A stretch of 21,847 nucleotides of DNA, from NCBI GenBank assembly GCA_000388065.2, contig KB932205.1; one strand, written 5' to 3'. The stretch is from Fonticula alba ATCC 38817 (Eukaryota > Protista > Nucleariida). Below, in pieces: positions 18,574 through 21,847 of the stretch. The first letter of the stretch is position 1. Each line of letters begins with the position of its first letter. The notes beneath the pieces are model-generated. The model searched no databases. It saw only the letters and a list, made by a program, of their open reading frames with translations, and was not told the origin of the DNA. The translations under genes were made by a program, and so were the position numbers.

Positions 18574-20258
18574 TCAGATGTGCTTCAGCATGTCGGAGGC
18601 CTTGATCTCGCCAATGCAAATCCGGTGCACGGCGGTGAAAAGGGGATAGCTGTCGAGTGGACAGAGGGGGGAAGGAGGGAGGTGAGCACCAGGCGATGGC
18701 AGGACGCGCCCTCAAGGGCAGAGGAGGAAAGCACCGGCGGAGGCACGCACCTGTGCAGGAGGCCACGGGCCGAGAGGAAGTTGTACACCTCCTCGGCGGT
18801 CAGGATGCCCTGGAGCTTCTGGCCATTGAGCATGGTCTGCTCGAGGCTGGCGAGGTCCTGTGCGGCCATGGCCATGCGTAGATGCCCCAGCAGAAAGCCC
18901 CGCGCCGCGTCCGTGCACATTGAGGCAGGCAGGGTGGGGATCCGGGCGCATGAGCACACGTGCATGCGCATGTGTGCGTGAAATCGGCGGCAACAAAGTT
19001 AGATCATGGAGGGGTCAGGCAGGGAGGGACCCAGGCAGGAAGACAGAGAGAGAGAGAGCGAGGGAGGCGGGAGATGACGCACCTGGCCAGTGGCGGCATG
19101 CTCGCGGGCCACCTTCCAGTTGCGACCACCCACACAGGAGGTGATGAGATCGGCCATGCCGCAGCTCTCGAAGAAGGTCTCATGGCGAATGCCGCGGTAG
19201 AAGCGGGCCGCAAAGTCGCGGATTTCCAACAGGCCAATGCGCATGACGGCGGCCTTGGTGTTGCCGCCCTGGTTCATGCCATCCGAGAAGCCGGCCGCCA
19301 GGGCCACGACATTCTTCAAGGCGCCACAGAGCTCCACACCGGCCAGGTCCGGCACACAGGACACCCGGAAGACCGGGGTGTTGAAGAGGGCCTTCCACAC
19401 GAGGGCCTCACTCAGGGAGGTGGTATGGTGGTAGCCGATGGTGGTCTCGCAGAACTGCCCGGCAGCCACCTCGTGCGCGACATTTGCCCCAGACAGGGCG
19501 GACACCGACATGGGGACCACCTCGGCCCCGGGGGAGGCCGGGGCCGGAAGGCAGGTCTCCCGGATGACATCGGTGATCAGGCGAATGTCATTCCCCTGCG
19601 TGTCCAGGCCCTTGATCAGGGAGATGGCCCGCGCGCCGGGCTTCAGGACGCCGGTGATCTGCCGGCTGATGGTGCGAAGGAACTGGTGCGGCAGGACGAA
19701 GACCAGGAGGTCGGCGTCGGCCACCGTCGACCGGAGACACGGATCGGCGATTACATTCTCCGGGATCGAGTAGCCGGGGAGGTACCTGCGCGCGTGCGCA
19801 TCGGGTAATGTGGTCAGGGGAGGGGAGGGGGGGGGGGGGGGGGCCCGGCGGGGGAGAGGACAAGGTGTAATCATGGCTGTTAGAGGGGGGGGGTGTGGGG
19901 GGCGAGGGAAGAGGGAGAGAGAGAGAGAGAGAGAGATAGAGGGGGACGCACTTCGTGTTCTCGTGGCGCTCGTTGATGGTCTTGGTCAGAAGCGATCCAT
20001 CAGCCAGGGTCTCCTCGAATACCCACATGCGGACCTCCTCCACGAAGAGGTGCGGATAGGCCTTGGCGTTGGTGCCGATGATGCGCGAAATGGCCGAACC
20101 CCTGGGAGGCGTGCGGTGTCAGAGGCTGGCCTGGGCGAGGGGGTGCGCGGGGGGAAAAAAGAGGGACCGGGAGAGTGGCGCACCAATTGCCGGAGCCGAG
20201 AATGGCCACGCGCTGAGGGTGGGGGACGGTCACCTGGTCGGCGGGGGTCTCGACCGTG
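18574..20258 (-). CDS. GPD1: NAD-dependent glycerol-3-phosphate dehydrogenase, 5'-partial; exons (minus) >20258-20184, 20101-19952, 19785-19083, 18857-18751, 18649-18574
   Basis: Spliced product includes RVAILGSGNW|GSAISRII (Rossmann GxGxxG), VRMWVFEE, HENTK|YLPG, FVLPHQF, ISLIKG, LSGANVAHEVA, GALKNVVA (catalytic Lys), GMADLITSCVGGRN, LNGQKLQG and YPLFTAVHRIC...MLKHI*. All four introns are GT-AG and in phase. The start lies in or beyond the gap at 20259-20440. Confidence 0.96.
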
Positions 20259-20440
20259 NNNNNNNNNNNNNNNNNNNNNNNNNNNNNNNNNNNNNNNNNN
20301 NNNNNNNNNNNNNNNNNNNNNNNNNNNNNNNNNNNNNNNNNNNNNNNNNNNNNNNNNNNNNNNNNNNNNNNNNNNNNNNNNNNNNNNNNNNNNNNNNNNN
20401 NNNNNNNNNNNNNNNNNNNNNNNNNNNNNNNNNNNNNNNN
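20259..20440. other. Assembly gap (N) truncating the 5' end of GPD1
   Basis: N run. Confidence 0.99.
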
Positions 20441-20824
20441 GGGCGGGGTGGAGGCGAAGGTGGCGGGGAGGAAATGGGGGAGAGGGGGGAGGCGTGTGTG
20501 GACCGCCGGGGGGGCGAGCCGCTTCTGGGGAGCCTTCCTTTGTGTGGCAGCCAGGCATGGGGCCGGGCGAGGGAGGCGGGCCTGTGGCGGCGGGCCGCGC
20601 CTGATCGCCCCCCGTCGTGGATCTTCCGTCTGCTGGCTGGACCCCGTTGTTCTCCCGGGCCTCGCTCCCCAAGGGGCGGCGATCGGAGGTGGCCCCGGCC
20701 AGGTGCGTGCGCCTGTGTGCCCCCCGGCTGGGCTGAGTCCGAGGGCGTGCCGCCCCTCTTGTCGGGGGGCAGTTGCATCATTTTTCCGGTCCACCAGTCC
20801 CCCGGCACGGTGGAGGACCATCAA

Positions 20825-20825
<1 letters not shown>

Positions 20826-20861
<36 letters not shown>

Positions 20862-20886
20862 CGGGGGGGGGGGGGGGGGGGGGGGG
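20826..20886. repeat. ~60-nt G run interrupted by one C
   Basis: Seen directly. Confidence 0.85.
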
Positions 20887-21847
20887 CATATCCTGCCCGG
20901 ATCTTGGGTTTGGCGGGGGGAGGGTGGCCCGCCAGACCGGCATACCGGGCGCGGCCCGGCCGGCGATGCAAGCGTCCGACCATCGCCTCCTCCGGCGGGC
21001 GTCGTCGGAAGATCTTGGCCGATGAAACGGACGCCTGGCTAGTTGGGCCTGGGGTGGGGGCCGGCCCGGGGAGGCCGGGGCGGGCGCGGCAAAAAAACAA
21101 AAATACGCTCCCGCTGGTTAGGCCCGCTGGGGGGGGGGGGGGGGGGCGCGCGGGGCCCCAGGGGCCTGCTGAGAAAAGCGCCCGCGGCTCGGGGGGGGGA
21201 GCAGGGGGTTCGTGCATCCAACCGCCCCACGGAGGCCAGCTCGCCCGCGGGCAACAATAACAACATCGGGCCTTAGCGCGGGAGTGGGTCCGGCAGCATT
21301 GTTGTCGCCCTCGGGCCTGGTTGGGGCGGTGCCAAGACTATGACCCCCCCAGTCCCAGCCCGTGGCGAGGTGCCTGTGTGCTTGTGTGTGTGCGTATGCG
21401 TGCGCGCAGCCTGCGGGCGGAGGTCGTGTGCGGTCCCGGTCGCCCTGCCCCCCCCCCCCGTACTTAGAGCGCCCGGCCGGGGAGGCGGGAAAGTCCTTAT
21501 CATATCGCTGTGCGGGTCCGCGGGCGGAAGCTGCGTCCGCGTGCGTCCGCGTGCGTCGCGGCCTCGCGCGTTGGGGCGGTGCGGCCGCCTTCGAGCGAGG
21601 CGGGGAGAATATTCTGGAGTCTGGCTCTGTGCAACCAAGAAGCCGCGGGCGTGTACACCCCAACACCGGCCGGCCGGGGCGTCTGCTCCTCTCGGCGTTG
21701 TTGGGTCTGCTGCCCCGGCCCGCACACGAGTCGCGCGCGGGCGCGCGTGCAAGCGTGCCCGGCGATCACCCCCGCCCTATGCCAGGGGGGCGCTGCGCAG
21801 ATGGCCCTCGGGGCTGTTGCGTGGACCGCGCCCGGCCCCCCCCCCCC

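Noticed and set aside
20441-21847. Possible phosphatase-GPDH fusion (as in some green algae) or a new plus-strand gene (CAG|GTGCGT at ~20703)
   Set aside because: No HAD DxDxT motif seen in the minus frames, and no coherent exon chain could be built on either strand.

Overview
This is visibly GC-rich, intron-containing eukaryotic genomic DNA from a draft assembly, with five N-gaps and many long G/C homopolymers. It is not prokaryotic. The gene sequences look opisthokont-like, and the overall style suggests a Fonticula-like protist (inference, untested). I reconstructed spliced gene models by hand; the ORF track misses them. In order: a TBC1D5-like RabGAP exon (-, 5021-5268; rest of gene unresolved); a two-exon CCDC82/DUF4211-like gene (+, 6072-8929); RPL12 (+, 4 exons, 10335-12082, 165 aa); tRNA-Ser(AGA) (13073-13154); a divergent five-exon TRAPPC13-like gene (+, 13720-16468); three identical tRNA-Ser(GCT) genes (16801, 17266, 17763) followed by an 8-bp STR; and NAD-dependent glycerol-3-phosphate dehydrogenase (-, 18574 to >20258, start lost in a gap). 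The most notable oddities are: an A73 discriminator in all three tRNA-Ser(GCT) copies; C at +4 in 13 of 14 inferred 5' splice sites; a hairpin-rich, T6-terminated candidate ncRNA with a telomere-template-like AACCCTAA (9197-9384); a possible H/ACA snoRNA in the long RPL12 intron 2; and TATA-like/ATCAA elements upstream of the tRNA genes. I found no firmly supported new system. These are testable leads. Regions 1-5000 and 20441-21847 remain unannotated.
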